Shown here one piece after another: positions 50,016 to 60,905 of a DNA stretch of 64,000 bases. Location of the stretch: assembly GCA_015492245.1 (NCBI GenBank), contig WGFM01000032.1, forward strand, positions 6,231-70,230. Direction: 5' to 3'. A model generated the notes under the pieces. That model saw only the letters and a program-made list of their open reading frames with translations, searched no databases and was not told the origin of the DNA. This stretch comes from Deltaproteobacteria bacterium. Lineage in GTDB: Bacteria; Desulfobacterota; GWC2-55-46; DRQE01. The position numbers and the translations under genes were made by a program. The stretch's first letter is position 1, and every line of letters begins with the position of its first letter.

Positions 50016-52772
50016 CTACTGTATCTCCCCTTTCTTCAGTATCGTGGGGGTTATGAATATGAGCAACTCCTTCTGAGAGTCCGTAACCGATTTACCCTTG
50101 AAGAGCCATCCCAGGACAGGCAGGTCTTTGAGGAACGGCACACCCTGCTCTGATCTACTCATATCAGATACTATTATGCCACCTATGACGGTTGTCTCGC
50201 CGTCTTTTACCAGCACGGTGGTTGATGCCTCTTTCTTGCTTATACTGGGTTTTCCTGTGGCTGTCCGATATGTTCCTATGGCATTTCTGCTTGCCTTTAT
50301 GTCCATGAGTATGCTTCCATCTGGTGTAACCTGTGGTTTTACGGTAAGGCTCAGGCTCGCATCAACAAATGTTGTCTGTGTGCCGGCTGCAGAGGTCGTC
50401 TCGAATGGAACAGATTCACCCTGTTCTATCTTTGCCTCTTTGTTGTTGAGCGTTACTATCCTTGGCCGTGATATGGTTTTTACAAGACCCTGTTTCTCTC
50501 CTGCCGAGATTCTCAGGTCGAGTATCAGTGGTGTTCCCTTGTGCTTGCCCACTATGAAACCGAGTGCACCGAGGGTGCCTGCGGTGCCGGCTGCCGGAAG
50601 GTTCACGGCATAGTTGGTTACACCAACATCTGCCGTGAAACCCGAGCCTTTGTCCTGAGATGTAACGCCTCCGCCCGCGAATGTGGCTGTCTGCTGGCTC
50701 GGGTACGGAGCGGCTGAGCCAAGCTCCGAGGTGCTTCCAAAGAGATTGTAGTGGAAGTCCGCATTGCTATCCCTTACATCCACACCCCACTGTATGCCCA
50801 GGTCCCTTGCAAAGCTTGATTCTGCCTCTACAATCCTCGTTTCTATGAGGACCTGGGGTATGGGTATGTCCACCTTTCTAACATACTCCTTCACCTCTCT
50901 GAGCACGGACTTTATATCCCTCACTATGAGGGTATTGGTGGTCTCGTGCACGGTTACACTACCCCTGTCTGAAAGCAGGCTCTGCACCTGCGGGGCTACA
51001 CTCGATGCGTTGTCATAGTTCACCCTTATGAACTCTGTTACGAGCTCCTCGAGTTTTTTCTGGGCAGCCCTTGTGCGCATCTCCTCTTCCTTCTCCTGCC
51101 GTATCTTGTCCCGTGGGGCCACCCTTATGACATTGCCCTCTCTTATACTGTCCAGCCCCTTGGTCCTCAGCACAAGTTCAAATGCCTGCTGCCATGGCAC
51201 ATTCTTGAGCTTGAGTGTTATCGTGCCCCTCACATCCTCGGATACCACTATGTTTAGATCACTTATCTCTGCAAGAAGTCTCAACACATCCACCACCTGG
51301 GCATCCACCATGTTTATGTTGACCTTTCTGGTCTTGTATGCCTCGACAACAATGGGCTTCTCTCGGGCCTTCGCGGGGGTGGCATCTCTCTTTGCCGGCC
51401 TCTCCTCCCTGGCCTTCTCGGCAACGAGGACAGGGAAGTCTATGTATATGAAACCATCGCCTTCGCCAACATTGTAGGGTGTTCTGCCTGTAAGCCTTAT
51501 GAATATTCTTCCAAGCTCTGGCCTTGTTGATGCCTGGTAGGAGCTTATGCTTATAACCGGTGTCTTGAGCTCTGTTGCATCAAGGGTTACCCTCAAATCC
51601 TCCGGTATGTATGCAGATGGAAGGTCCACTATGAGATTCTTACCCATCTTCGCCTCTGTTATGCGGAACTCTGGCTTGCCTGTTCCCTCTATTACGAGCC
51701 TTGCTGTGCCAGGAAGTTTCTTGAACCTTATGTCCTTTATCTCGACCCTTTCTGTACCCACAGTGGCAGTAGCCTCTACAGGGGCATTCTCTGTTGATTC
51801 AGCCTGGCCTGGCTCATCCTTCAGCCCTGAAACAGGCGCTGTGTCTTCTCCACCTTCGGCCTTCCTGAACCTTACGGCAAGCATGCCATCTTCTTTATCA
51901 ACCATGTAGGAGGGCACAACGGGCTGTGGTGAATCAAAGACCATCCTTACCTTGTCAGGATGCACCCCAACCCTCATCTGCTCAATCACATCTGATCCAA
52001 CCTGGAACTCCTTCTCAGCGAATGTGGCTCCAACACCCCATACATCGAGAACAACCCTCGTGGGGTCATCGAGCCCAAAGGCGTTGAAGTTTCCTATCTC
52101 TCCATCTCCCACGAGTGTTATGACCACCTCGCCATCTTCACTGTCTATCCTGACATCTGTAATGTTGGTTGCATCTTCCTGCAGAGGTTCTTCTACCCCT
52201 TCGGTTGCAACCACTGTGGTTTCAACGGCTACATCTTCTTCTGTCTTCTCTATGATTGTATTTACCTCATCTGCTGTCTGCGGGGCCTCTTCTTCTGGCA
52301 CGGCCTCCTCACCACTCATTGCAGATATGTATACATCTCTTCTGAGGTCTACCAGAATACTGTTCTCTCCCGACTTCACCCTGTGGAGTATTCCCTGCCT
52401 CAGGCCTATCTCTATTCTGCCGATCCTTTTGTCTTCGTCTCCATATGTAGACGATCTTATCTCGGTTATATAATTGTTGTTAATCTCTATGGGGCTTTCC
52501 ACGGTGCTCACATCCACCCCTGGCATGTCTATTATTATCCGTGGTGGGTCGGTTAGCTTGAAGGCCGTGTATTTTACGGGCCCATCGGTCTCCACCAGCA
52601 CGGCATCTCCATCGCCCACCACACTTATTAGCTCTACCTTTGTGGCCTCCTCTGCGGCTGGTTCTGGCTCTTTTATACTCGTTGTCTGTCTTTTTGGTGT
52701 GCATCCCCCAATGGCAATGGCAATACTCACGAGTATCCCGACAAGACCGTTTAGAAAAAGCCTCTTATTCAT
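50016..52772 (-). CDS. pilQ: Type IV pilus secretin PilQ with multiple N-terminal AMIN-like domains
   Basis: 918 aa. Lipoprotein-like N-terminus IGGCTP. Secretin C-terminal domain ([13 protein letters not shown]..., [11 protein letters not shown]). Confidence 0.9.
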   Translation of the reverse strand: MNKRLFLNGLVGILVSIAIAIGGCTPKRQTTSIKEPEPAAEEATKVELISVVGDGDAVLVETDGPVKYTAFKLTDPPRIIIDMPGVDVSTVESPIEINNNYITEIRSSTYGDEDKRIGRIEIGLRQGILHRVKSGENSILVDLRRDVYISAMSGEEAVPEEEAPQTADEVNTIIEKTEEDVAVETTVVATEGVEEPLQEDATNITDVRIDSEDGEVVITLVGDGEIGNFNAFGLDDPTRVVLDVWGVGATFAEKEFQVGSDVIEQMRVGVHPDKVRMVFDSPQPVVPSYMVDKEDGMLAVRFRKAEGGEDTAPVSGLKDEPGQAESTENAPVEATATVGTERVEIKDIRFKKLPGTARLVIEGTGKPEFRITEAKMGKNLIVDLPSAYIPEDLRVTLDATELKTPVISISSYQASTRPELGRIFIRLTGRTPYNVGEGDGFIYIDFPVLVAEKAREERPAKRDATPAKAREKPIVVEAYKTRKVNINMVDAQVVDVLRLLAEISDLNIVVSEDVRGTITLKLKNVPWQQAFELVLRTKGLDSIREGNVIRVAPRDKIRQEKEEEMRTRAAQKKLEELVTEFIRVNYDNASSVAPQVQSLLSDRGSVTVHETTNTLIVRDIKSVLREVKEYVRKVDIPIPQVLIETRIVEAESSFARDLGIQWGVDVRDSNADFHYNLFGSTSELGSAAPYPSQQTATFAGGGVTSQDKGSGFTADVGVTNYAVNLPAAGTAGTLGALGFIVGKHKGTPLILDLRISAGEKQGLVKTISRPRIVTLNNKEAKIEQGESVPFETTSAAGTQTTFVDASLSLTVKPQVTPDGSILMDIKASRNAIGTYRTATGKPSISKKEASTTVLVKDGETTVIGGIIVSDMSRSEQGVPFLKDLPVLGWLFKGKSVTDSQKELLIFITPTILKKGEIQ

Positions 52773-52810
52773 AGGAACCTCCCCTTGTTCTTACGGGTAA
52801 TAAACCCTCT

Positions 52811-53332
52811 TCATTTCTTCTCTGGCAGTGTTAGTTTCACTGTTTCAGTGGCTACAACATTACCTTCTGCATCCCGTATCTTCTCTTTGACCATCACGCT
52901 ATCCATTGTTATTGCCACCACCCTGCCATCTTTTATGCCTATTCGGTCTCCTTTTCTTATTATGTATCGTTTTCCATCAGGTGCCCGCACCACAGCCCTT
53001 GGCTTCTTGACTCCTGTAACCACTGCAACGAGCCTGAACACCCCCACCTCGCAGCACTCAAGAGGTGTTTTAATACGCTGTTCCATCCTTTTAACCTTGA
53101 CCTTCGCAAGGTAGCTCAGGAAGGGGTTCCTCTTGAGTCTCGTTATATCTATCTCCTCTTCCTTTTCTGTCTTCTCTGCTGGCTGTGGCTGTTTCTGTTC
53201 TACTATTCTTTTCTTCTGCGGCCTTTTGATCTCCACCTTTTCCGCCGCAGGCTCTTCTCCTCCGCAACCTGCAACGGCAAATATCAACAGTGTCAGCACT
53301 GCCACATATCTTTTGATACTTTTCATCTTCAT
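52811..53332 (-). CDS. pilP: Type IV pilus assembly lipoprotein PilP
   Basis: 173 aa. Lipobox AGCGG. Position between pilO and pilQ. Confidence 0.75.
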   Translation of the reverse strand: MKMKSIKRYVAVLTLLIFAVAGCGGEEPAAEKVEIKRPQKKRIVEQKQPQPAEKTEKEEEIDITRLKRNPFLSYLAKVKVKRMEQRIKTPLECCEVGVFRLVAVVTGVKKPRAVVRAPDGKRYIIRKGDRIGIKDGRVVAITMDSVMVKEKIRDAEGNVVATETVKLTLPEKK

Positions 53333-53937
53333 CTCTTCTTTTCTGGTATAAATCTGAAGGTGGTTACCACGAACTTTGCCCTCAACATGGGCGCAAGTGA
53401 TGTGCCCCCCTTTGTCAGGCTCACCTTTACGCCTGTTATGTTCACTATTCTCGAGAGCTTGCTTATTCTGTAACAGAAATCAAACAGACTTTCGAATGTG
53501 CCCTCCACCTCCATACTGACGGGCACCGCTGCGTAAAACCCCTTCGGCTTCTCTGGCAGTGGTTTGAAGAACAATATTTTAAGCCCAGCCTTTTTACCTG
53601 ACTCGCTTATACTGTCTATAAGCCCTGGTATCTCCTTCTTGTCGGGAAGCCTCTCAAGGGCCTCTTTGAGTTTGATCTCAAGCTCCTCTTTCTCTTTTCT
53701 GTACCTGGGTATGTCCTGTGCTATACGCTTTGTCTCTATGAGTTTTATCTCGAGCCTGTCCATCCTGTCTCTGAGTTCTTCTATCCTGTCGAGCTGCGGG
53801 GAGATGAAGAACTGATAACTTACAAGCCCTACAAGGAGATTCACGCCTATGAGTATAAGGACCTTGTGCAGGCGTGGAAGCTTGAGCACCCTGTCGAGTT
53901 TTATGGTATTGACTATATTTTTTATATCTATGGCCAT
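53329..53937 (-). CDS. pilO: Type IV pilus assembly protein PilO
   Basis: 202 aa, single TM + coiled coil + ferredoxin-like domain. Overlaps pilP by 4 nt. Confidence 0.75.
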   Translation of the reverse strand: MAIDIKNIVNTIKLDRVLKLPRLHKVLILIGVNLLVGLVSYQFFISPQLDRIEELRDRMDRLEIKLIETKRIAQDIPRYRKEKEELEIKLKEALERLPDKKEIPGLIDSISESGKKAGLKILFFKPLPEKPKGFYAAVPVSMEVEGTFESLFDFCYRISKLSRIVNITGVKVSLTKGGTSLAPMLRAKFVVTTFRFIPEKKR

Positions 53938-53940
53938 GCC

Positions 53941-54483
53941 CTACTTTCTTTCCACATTTATGGTGAAGCTTACTATGTCCAGCCCTATACCTTCGGCCTT
54001 TGTTCTTCTTGCAACCACCAGTTCCACCCTTTTTACATCACTGTATGCATCGAGTCTTCTCATGAATTCTGCCAGGTCTTCGTCTGTAGCCGCATTGCCA
54101 TTGAGGGTTATGTTCTTGCCATCTTCTGAAAGGGATACAAGCCACACCTTTTTCGGTATGGCCTCGCTTATCTTGAAGAACAGTGAGACCGGCCCTGTTC
54201 TTGCCTTCTCGAGCTGGTTGACCACATCGAGCTTGCTTTGAAGCAGCTTTTTCTGTTCCTTTATCTTTGCAAGCTCTCCCACCTTTCTTTTAAGCTTCCT
54301 GAGCTCTGTCTCCATCACATCTATATCTTCCTCCAGCATGGATACATCACTTTCGAGCTTAAGGTAGTATGCCGTGGAGACCGCTATGACCATGGCCGTT
54401 ATGAGCCCTGCCACTGTAAGCTGGAACCTTATGGACTCTTTCTTTTTTGCAGCCCTTACTGGCAGGAGGTTTATCCTTATCAT
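53941..54483 (-). CDS. pilN: Type IV pilus assembly protein PilN
   Basis: 180 aa with MIRINLLP N-terminus, TM helix and coiled coil. Confidence 0.8.
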   Translation of the reverse strand: MIRINLLPVRAAKKKESIRFQLTVAGLITAMVIAVSTAYYLKLESDVSMLEEDIDVMETELRKLKRKVGELAKIKEQKKLLQSKLDVVNQLEKARTGPVSLFFKISEAIPKKVWLVSLSEDGKNITLNGNAATDEDLAEFMRRLDAYSDVKRVELVVARRTKAEGIGLDIVSFTINVERK

Positions 54484-55544
54484 CTATCTCCGAGCCTCCT
54501 TACTGCACAACCCACTGCCACACCGAAGCATGGTGCCATATCCTCGAGATACTTTGCATCAAAGTTCTGCGGGTTGTAGTTCAAGCCATTAAATGGGTTT
54601 GTGATCTCCACATCGAGCCCCACCTTTTCATTCATCAACTCTTTTAGTCCCTGTGTCTTTGCCCCGCCTCCACAGAGCATTATCCTGTGTATTACGAGAC
54701 CCGGGTTGCCTGCTATGAAGAAGTCCACACTTCTTCTGACCTCCATGACCATGCTCTCTGATACCATGTTTACAACCTGTGCCACCTCATCCGGTGTCAT
54801 GTCTTCCAGTTGTTTGCCCAGCTTGAGCTCTTCTGCCTCCTTGAACGGAATGCCGAAGTTTCTCTGCAACTCTTCTGTGTAGTGGTTTCCCCCCATGGGC
54901 ACGGTTCGCGTGAATGTGGTAATCCCTCCTGCTATCACACTTATGCTGGTCACACTGGCCCCTATGTTCACCATCGTTATGTTTTCAACTGGAGGAATGG
55001 TGTAGTTTATCTCCATCATGTTTTCGAGGGCAAAGGCATCCACATCCATTATCATGGGGTTCAGCCCTGCCTCCTTGATGACATTTATGTAATCGTTTAT
55101 GACATCCTTCTTGACGGCAACGAGCATTACCTCCATCTGCCCCTTTCCGCCAACACTCTCACCGAGTATCTGAAAGTCTATGTTCACCTCACTTATGGGG
55201 AACGGTATGTACTGCTCTGCCTCCCACTGGATGGACTCACCCAGTTCTTCCTCTGTCATGGCAGGCAGTTCCACCTTTTTTATGATGACCGAGTTGCCGG
55301 TAAGGGAGGACACCGTATCTTTTGCCCTGACCTTGTGGTCTGCAATAAGTTTCTTTATTGCATCTGTAACACTCATGGAGTCTATGATGGACCCGTCGAC
55401 GATGGCTTCTGGAGGGAGGGGTTCGAAGCCGAGTTTTACAAGCTCCCATCCCTTCTTTGCCTGACTCAACTGAACCAGCTTTACAGAGCTCGAGCCTATG
55501 TCAAGCCCTATGACCTCTTTCTTCTTTAAGAAAGAAAGTACCAT
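54480..55544 (-). CDS. pilM: Type IV pilus assembly ATPase-like protein PilM (actin/FtsA fold)
   Basis: 354 aa; IGLDIGSSSVKLV N-terminal actin-like motif; overlaps pilN by 4 nt. Confidence 0.9.
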   Translation of the reverse strand: MVLSFLKKKEVIGLDIGSSSVKLVQLSQAKKGWELVKLGFEPLPPEAIVDGSIIDSMSVTDAIKKLIADHKVRAKDTVSSLTGNSVIIKKVELPAMTEEELGESIQWEAEQYIPFPISEVNIDFQILGESVGGKGQMEVMLVAVKKDVINDYINVIKEAGLNPMIMDVDAFALENMMEINYTIPPVENITMVNIGASVTSISVIAGGITTFTRTVPMGGNHYTEELQRNFGIPFKEAEELKLGKQLEDMTPDEVAQVVNMVSESMVMEVRRSVDFFIAGNPGLVIHRIMLCGGGAKTQGLKELMNEKVGLDVEITNPFNGLNYNPQNFDAKYLEDMAPCFGVAVGCAVRRLGDR

Positions 55545-55546
55545 TA

Positions 55547-55756
55547 TCAGTCGCTCCCGAAGACCTTGTCCTTCTCTGACAACCTGAACCCCAGTGCCTG
55601 TATAATCTTTCTCTTCGTGTCCATACGGCAGGGGTATCCTTTCTCGATTCGATCGATGGTAATGGGGGATACACCGGCCTTTCTGGCAAGCTCGGATTTA
55701 CTGAGGAGCATGCTCTCCCTTATCTTCTTGAGATTGTTCTTTGCCTTCACCTTCAT
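55547..55756 (-). CDS. XRE-family helix-turn-helix DNA-binding protein
   Basis: 69 aa. LSKSELARKAGVSPITIDRIEKG HTH, immediately upstream of pilM. Confidence 0.65.
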   Translation of the reverse strand: MKVKAKNNLKKIRESMLLSKSELARKAGVSPITIDRIEKGYPCRMDTKRKIIQALGFRLSEKDKVFGSD

Positions 55757-55784
55757 ACTTTAGACCAACCGGTGTTTGCATTGG

Positions 55785-55812
55785 AAAAGGGGCAAAAGCT
55801 GCCCCTCTTTTT
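55785..55812. terminator. Bidirectional-looking GC hairpin terminator between minor-pilin operon and XRE-pilMNOPQ operon
   Basis: aaaa-GGGGCA-aaagc-TGCCCC-tcttttt. A-tract on one side, T-tract on the other. Confidence 0.5.
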
Positions 55813-55903
55813 ATGGAATCTGTAGTGATTTTATTTTATTAAAGCATAATTTGTCAAGACTTTTTTCAAATTAACATCAATTTTGTATAATTTAATATAA
55901 CAA

Positions 55904-56440
55904 CTATGGTGTCTCTATCCTCACCCTTCCGCTCCTTGAGGTTACAACCACCCTGTATCTCTGCGTGTTGTTGGAGTCCAGTATGCAGATGGTTGCCGCA
56001 TCCGCGGTTCCGTTGGGATAGAAGGTTACATTTATATCCGTGTTGCCATCACATGCCTGCCCCGTTGCCCAGTTGACAGACTGATCAAGGCTCTTCCACG
56101 GCCCTACCTGTGTCCAGACGGTGCTTCCAGATGGCTCATTGCCCTCTGTAACCCTGTATCTTCTGCCATCCATGTCGAACTCCATCCTGTGCTCACGATT
56201 CTTCGTTATTGCAAGCTGGCGGGCAAGCCTTGATTTCGAGAGTATATCCCATGCGGCCTCCTTGTATCTTAAAGAACTCAACCATGTACTCACACTGGGC
56301 ACAGCAATGGCTGCGATTACAGTCAATATGGCCATCACAACCAGCACCTCTACAAGGGAGAATCCCCTCTCGTCGTGCTCCCTCTTACTGGAAGGATATG
56401 GTGATGGTATATTCCTGATAGGCTCTGCCATCATGCCCAT
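55904..56440 (-). CDS. Type IV minor pilin/pseudopilin, FimT/GspH-like
   Basis: G|FSLVEVLVVMAILTVIAAIAVP prepilin N-terminus, GspH-like size. The true start is probably downstream of the track's ATG, which overlaps the upstream gene by 56 nt. Confidence 0.7.
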   Translation of the reverse strand: MGMMAEPIRNIPSPYPSSKREHDERGFSLVEVLVVMAILTVIAAIAVPSVSTWLSSLRYKEAAWDILSKSRLARQLAITKNREHRMEFDMDGRRYRVTEGNEPSGSTVWTQVGPWKSLDQSVNWATGQACDGNTDINVTFYPNGTADAATICILDSNNTQRYRVVVTSRSGRVRIETP

Positions 56441-57296
56441 CCTCTGCTATTATTTTCACCCTGTGGGTGCCTGTCTGTGATGCATCTACAGGCCATTCTA
56501 TAAGGCCATTCTGGTCTATGGTCATACCTTCTGGTGCGGCCTCGAGCCAGAGTCTTGTCCTGTCACCATCGGGGTCTTCTACCTCCACCTGATATGTGTA
56601 CATGGTGGTCTTGAAGCTTTCAGGCGGTGCGGATACAAACATGGGTGGTGCGTTGCCCACCGTAACAGGGTCTGCGGTGAAGGGTTCTCCATAGGCCTCG
56701 CCGTCGTAGGGTGTTACGGTCAGCACCACCCTGTCGCCCCTTTTGAGTCTGTCTCCTTCCAGCACAGGTGCTGATACATCTGTCTGTTCCTCATCGTTTA
56801 TCATCCACCTGTAGAGGTACTCCACTTCGTCTCCATCAGGGTCCTCGCCCTCTACCTCTGCGGTTATATCCACACCACGATAGACCTGCCCCGGGTTGAG
56901 CCTTATAGATGTTATCCCTGGTGGTGTGTTGCCTATAGTTACACTTGCGCTCTTCTCTACATTACCGGCCCTGACCTCTACAGATATGGTATCTCCCTTC
57001 TCTATGTATTTCCTGGGGAGCACATCCCTGTCTATTCCCTCTACTGGCATATCGTTCTTGAACCATCGGTAGCTGACCCTTTTCACATCCCCTTTAACCA
57101 GCGCCCTGAGGTCCTTATCCCTGGTGGGCTCTGGAGGAACTATCACAACCTCTATCTGTCCTGTGCCCCCCCTTGCTGCAGCCTCTCTCTGCTGGTTCAC
57201 CTCTTTGTCATCATCCCTGGAGCATGCTGCAAGCTGCGTTACAATCAGGATCCATAGCAGAACCGCTCCCGCCCCTCTGAATACATCTTTTGTCAT
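56385..57296 (-). CDS. Exported lipoprotein with tandem Ig/cadherin-like repeats carrying VE.EDPDGD motifs
   Basis: Signal peptide + lipobox LAACS. Two about 100-aa repeats with EVEGEDPDGDEVEY / VEVEDPDGDRTRLW (Ca-binding-like DPDGD). Confidence 0.55.
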   Translation of the reverse strand: MTKDVFRGAGAVLLWILIVTQLAACSRDDDKEVNQQREAAARGGTGQIEVVIVPPEPTRDKDLRALVKGDVKRVSYRWFKNDMPVEGIDRDVLPRKYIEKGDTISVEVRAGNVEKSASVTIGNTPPGITSIRLNPGQVYRGVDITAEVEGEDPDGDEVEYLYRWMINDEEQTDVSAPVLEGDRLKRGDRVVLTVTPYDGEAYGEPFTADPVTVGNAPPMFVSAPPESFKTTMYTYQVEVEDPDGDRTRLWLEAAPEGMTIDQNGLIEWPVDASQTGTHRVKIIAEDGHDGRAYQEYTITISFQ

Positions 57297-57318
57297 ATCG
57301 CCTATTTGTGTCCCCCGC

Positions 57319-57669
57319 TCAAAAGAGTTTCATAAAGGGGTATCGGTGTCTGTCCTTTCTCTCGATGTAGTCTGGCAGAAGATATATTCTCTCTGCATCT
57401 ATACTGCCGTCCTCCCTGAGCTTGCCTTCCACATAGAGCCATTTGTGTCCCCTCAGGTAGTAAAGGTCTCTTTCATGTCCGTAGGAGTTGAACACCCTTG
57501 TCTTCCCTGTTATGTTTATTACCAGGTGTTCATTCAGCACTATCCTGTCGCCAGTGTGCTCGGTTACGCCTCCCTGCAGAAACTTCCATGGTCTTTGCTT
57601 CTCTGCCACCACTACGCCATGGTTCAACAATACTCCCACCAGCAGCGATACCGCAAGTATCTTTTTCAT
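57319..57669 (-). CDS. Small exported protein, PilY2-like position
   Basis: 116 aa with signal peptide MKKILAVSLLVGVLLNHGVVVA. 4-nt overlap with the pilY1 stop. Confidence 0.5.
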   Translation of the reverse strand: MKKILAVSLLVGVLLNHGVVVAEKQRPWKFLQGGVTEHTGDRIVLNEHLVINITGKTRVFNSYGHERDLYYLRGHKWLYVEGKLREDGSIDAERIYLLPDYIERKDRHRYPFMKLF

Positions 57670-60600
57670 CTTATCTCCCTCCAGTATACAGGTATGACGC
57701 TACCCATCTCACTTACCTCCGGGGTTGCCAGTGCACCACCCACACCTATGAGGGCAGAAATCCCAGATGGACTTATGACCATAACAACACCTGATGGAAT
57801 GCCGGTACCTATGGTCTTTGACCTATCGGATGCATCCTTTACCACACCATCGGTCGTATCATTGGCAGTATTGTAGTTGTAGGCCGCCTCTGTTGTGAGA
57901 TAGTCTATAGCGTAGAGTCTTGCCGTTCCCCTGTTGGCAGAGGTATTGCAGGGGTCTGTAGTGGTCTCGGCTGACGGGGCATATGTGGTAAAGTAGGCAA
58001 CCTTGCTTATAACTGTCGCCTCTGATAGCATCTTCTCACCGGCGTTGTCGTTCAGCTTTATGTACCACCCGTATGAATTGTAGATATTTACACTACCGTT
58101 TGTGGCATCGGACAGGTCCGTCTCATTCACATGGGTTGTCTGTCCCACATCTTTCACTGCATACAGCCTGTCGACCACATCTGTACTCAGTGGATGTGCC
58201 CTGTCTCCTGTGCCGAAGACGATCAGCTCATAGCCCACCTCGAGTGTTACCGCTGGTTTGTAGAATATCTTCCTGCCCGTGGAGGCGTCTGCCCCTGGGT
58301 TGGACTTGAAGATTATCCTGCCGCTCCATGTGGTGGTATCTGTGTTTGCCACATCGAACCTCCACATATTACCCTCTGTGTCTCCCACATATAGTCTTTC
58401 GACGAACCCATCGGCGTCAATATCCACTGTGGCTATACGGCTCGGTATGGAGTGTGTGAGGTCTGTATCCTCAGCATTTGTATAGCCCCACACCTTGTGT
58501 CCGCTGTTGGTAAACGAGGGAACCCCGGTTAGGCTGAGTGTGGCTATCTCCACGGCATATACACCACGGCCCATGGTGTTTGTTGTTGGTGGTTCTGTAT
58601 CCTCGTTGATGTTGTCATAGCCTGCGCCTATGAATGCAACCACCTTTGTAACCTTCTGCCCACCTGAGTCCACCTCCACATTGACGATTTCAGGGGTAGA
58701 CCAACTCTCGCCAAGCTCCGAGTAGTCTGTGTTGTCTCCAGATGGGCTCTCGGTTGGACCTATCCTCCACAGGAACTGGGGTGTATTGGGGTCAGATACA
58801 TCGAGTGCGTAGTACCACCTGCCACCCCTTCTCTCTCCGAACATCACTATCACCTTGTCTCCATCGGCTGTCTCTATGTTGCCGTCGTTATCTGCGTCGT
58901 ACATGTAGGCCACAGGTGTTCCGTCCACATAGTATGTATGCGTGTTACCACTCAGGTGCTTCAGATAGGGCAAGAGATCCGGTGGTATGAACGCCCAGAG
59001 CTCTTCTCCATCGCAGTCCCTGAAGAGATGTAGCATACCATCGTTTGCACCCACGAATATCATGGTCTTGTTCTGTGTGCAATCGCTCTCGTCTGCCGTG
59101 TTGAAAGTTGCGTAATGGACCACAAGCGGTACCGAGTGAAGGATATCGCCGAGTATCCAGCCGCGCTTCTCTGTGGTGTTTCCGTTCGAGTCGCTATCGT
59201 AGGCATCCTTACCATGTACATAGTTTACGACCCTGTCCTTCTCGGTGCTGTCGGTAACATCGAGCAATGTGGGTGTAATGGCTGTGTTCGATGTGGTAAA
59301 TGCGTTTGAAGAGTCGGCAAGATTCGTGCTCGTGCCGAGATAGGTGTATATGTTTCTCTCTGTCGTTCTCAGGAGCAGCCTCTCTCCCACTCCCCCGGCA
59401 TCCACATCTCCACCATCTGCCACAGAGCTCCAGTAGGATACGGCGTTGTCCTTTATGCTTCCATCGGCATTGGTTGCAAGGTTGCCGTTCTTGTCCACCA
59501 CATTGCCATCGTCGTCTATGCCGTATTTCTTGAGGTTTCCGAGCCAGAACGCACCGAGCTGGGGCTTGAAGAACCCCATGTAGAGTCTGCTTCCTGAAAA
59601 GGTTCTGTTCTCGGGACTCACTGGAAGCACTGGAGAGACGAAGGATGTGTTGTCCTCTATGATATTAGCAAATATCTGCCTGAGGGCCTCGCTCAAGCCT
59701 GCGGTTGAACCAGCCGAGTAGTATACACCGCCACCATTCTGGGCCGTTTCATGGAGGAGCTTCTCTGCGCCTGGCTGACCTGCAAGACCAAACCCTATCG
59801 TGTATGTAACAACCCTCTGCACACCCTGTGTCTTCGGATCCCCTGCTACATCCTGAAGCACATCGTTATCGTACATGTACTTTGCCACATCGTCCAGATA
59901 GTCTGAGCCCTGGTAGGAGTAGTCCTTTTCAGGGTCTCCACCTGGCTCGAAGCCGTCTCCATCACAATCACCGCTGTTACAGATGGTTCTAAGAATACTA
60001 TCCCGGTCCTGTGTGGACATTCCGTCTGTTATGAGTATCACATAGTTGTTCTGACAACTGTACTCTATGGGTGTGGAGTATGAGAGGTTTCCATTGAATG
60101 CGGTTTCCTCCCCTCCGTAGTACATCATAGCCTCGTAGAGTGTCTCTGCGAGGGGTGTCCATGTATTTGCAACTATGTTGTTCAGCGTATATACCAGGGC
60201 CTCCCGGTTGGTTGTCGTACCCGTGAATATGGCATCCATGTCTTTTATGTAAGCGTCGTAGCCGTTGTACCCGTAGCTGTCTCCCACACCTGCGATGTGT
60301 CCACCACTGGAGGTGTTGAATATCATCAGTCCAAACTTCACACCAGTGGTGGTATTTATGAGGTTTGTTATGACCTCCTTTGCCACATCTATCTTTGGTC
60401 TCGTTCCACCTGCCTGTGTGAGCCAGTTTATGTAGTTACCCGTTGCGAAGCTCGCAGACTGCCACCACCAGCCTGCACAGCTACCGTTGGTTCTCAGCAC
60501 ACCCTGATATGTTCCGGATGTAAGGAGGGCGTTCTTTGCCGTGGCACAGCTTATGGTGTTCACATCGCTTATGTGGGGCTGCCATATCTGCTCTATCGCC

Positions 60601-60878
60601 CTCCATCTGTAGACCGTGTTGGTGCTGCATGGTTGTCCCTGGCAACTGTTTGTCTGTGGATATGTGATACTTGGGTCGTAAGGATCTCCCACTATTATGT
60701 CGTCGTTCATGCTGCCAGAGTTGTCGAGTATTATGAGCACATTGGGCTGGATCTGGGCTGTTGAGACCCCGTATATGGCCGTATCTCCAGGATACTGGTC
60801 CAGCGCCTTTGAATGGGCTGGCAGAAGGATGCCTATAATTATCAGTATCTTTGTCAGTATCTTTGCGCCCCTTCTCAT
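57666..60878 (-). CDS. pilY1: Type IV pilus tip-associated adhesin PilY1 with N-terminal vWA (MIDAS) domain and C-terminal beta-propeller
   Basis: 1070 aa. Signal peptide. VLIILDNSGSMND MIDAS motif. PilY1-like C-terminal region. Position within the minor-pilin operon. Confidence 0.8.
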   Translation of the reverse strand: MRRGAKILTKILIIIGILLPAHSKALDQYPGDTAIYGVSTAQIQPNVLIILDNSGSMNDDIIVGDPYDPSITYPQTNSCQGQPCSTNTVYRWRAIEQIWQPHISDVNTISCATAKNALLTSGTYQGVLRTNGSCAGWWWQSASFATGNYINWLTQAGGTRPKIDVAKEVITNLINTTTGVKFGLMIFNTSSGGHIAGVGDSYGYNGYDAYIKDMDAIFTGTTTNREALVYTLNNIVANTWTPLAETLYEAMMYYGGEETAFNGNLSYSTPIEYSCQNNYVILITDGMSTQDRDSILRTICNSGDCDGDGFEPGGDPEKDYSYQGSDYLDDVAKYMYDNDVLQDVAGDPKTQGVQRVVTYTIGFGLAGQPGAEKLLHETAQNGGGVYYSAGSTAGLSEALRQIFANIIEDNTSFVSPVLPVSPENRTFSGSRLYMGFFKPQLGAFWLGNLKKYGIDDDGNVVDKNGNLATNADGSIKDNAVSYWSSVADGGDVDAGGVGERLLLRTTERNIYTYLGTSTNLADSSNAFTTSNTAITPTLLDVTDSTEKDRVVNYVHGKDAYDSDSNGNTTEKRGWILGDILHSVPLVVHYATFNTADESDCTQNKTMIFVGANDGMLHLFRDCDGEELWAFIPPDLLPYLKHLSGNTHTYYVDGTPVAYMYDADNDGNIETADGDKVIVMFGERRGGRWYYALDVSDPNTPQFLWRIGPTESPSGDNTDYSELGESWSTPEIVNVEVDSGGQKVTKVVAFIGAGYDNINEDTEPPTTNTMGRGVYAVEIATLSLTGVPSFTNSGHKVWGYTNAEDTDLTHSIPSRIATVDIDADGFVERLYVGDTEGNMWRFDVANTDTTTWSGRIIFKSNPGADASTGRKIFYKPAVTLEVGYELIVFGTGDRAHPLSTDVVDRLYAVKDVGQTTHVNETDLSDATNGSVNIYNSYGWYIKLNDNAGEKMLSEATVISKVAYFTTYAPSAETTTDPCNTSANRGTARLYAIDYLTTEAAYNYNTANDTTDGVVKDASDRSKTIGTGIPSGVVMVISPSGISALIGVGGALATPEVSEMGSVIPVYWREIR

Positions 60879-60905
60879 AACCCACCTCTCTATTTTGACC
60901 GTTTG

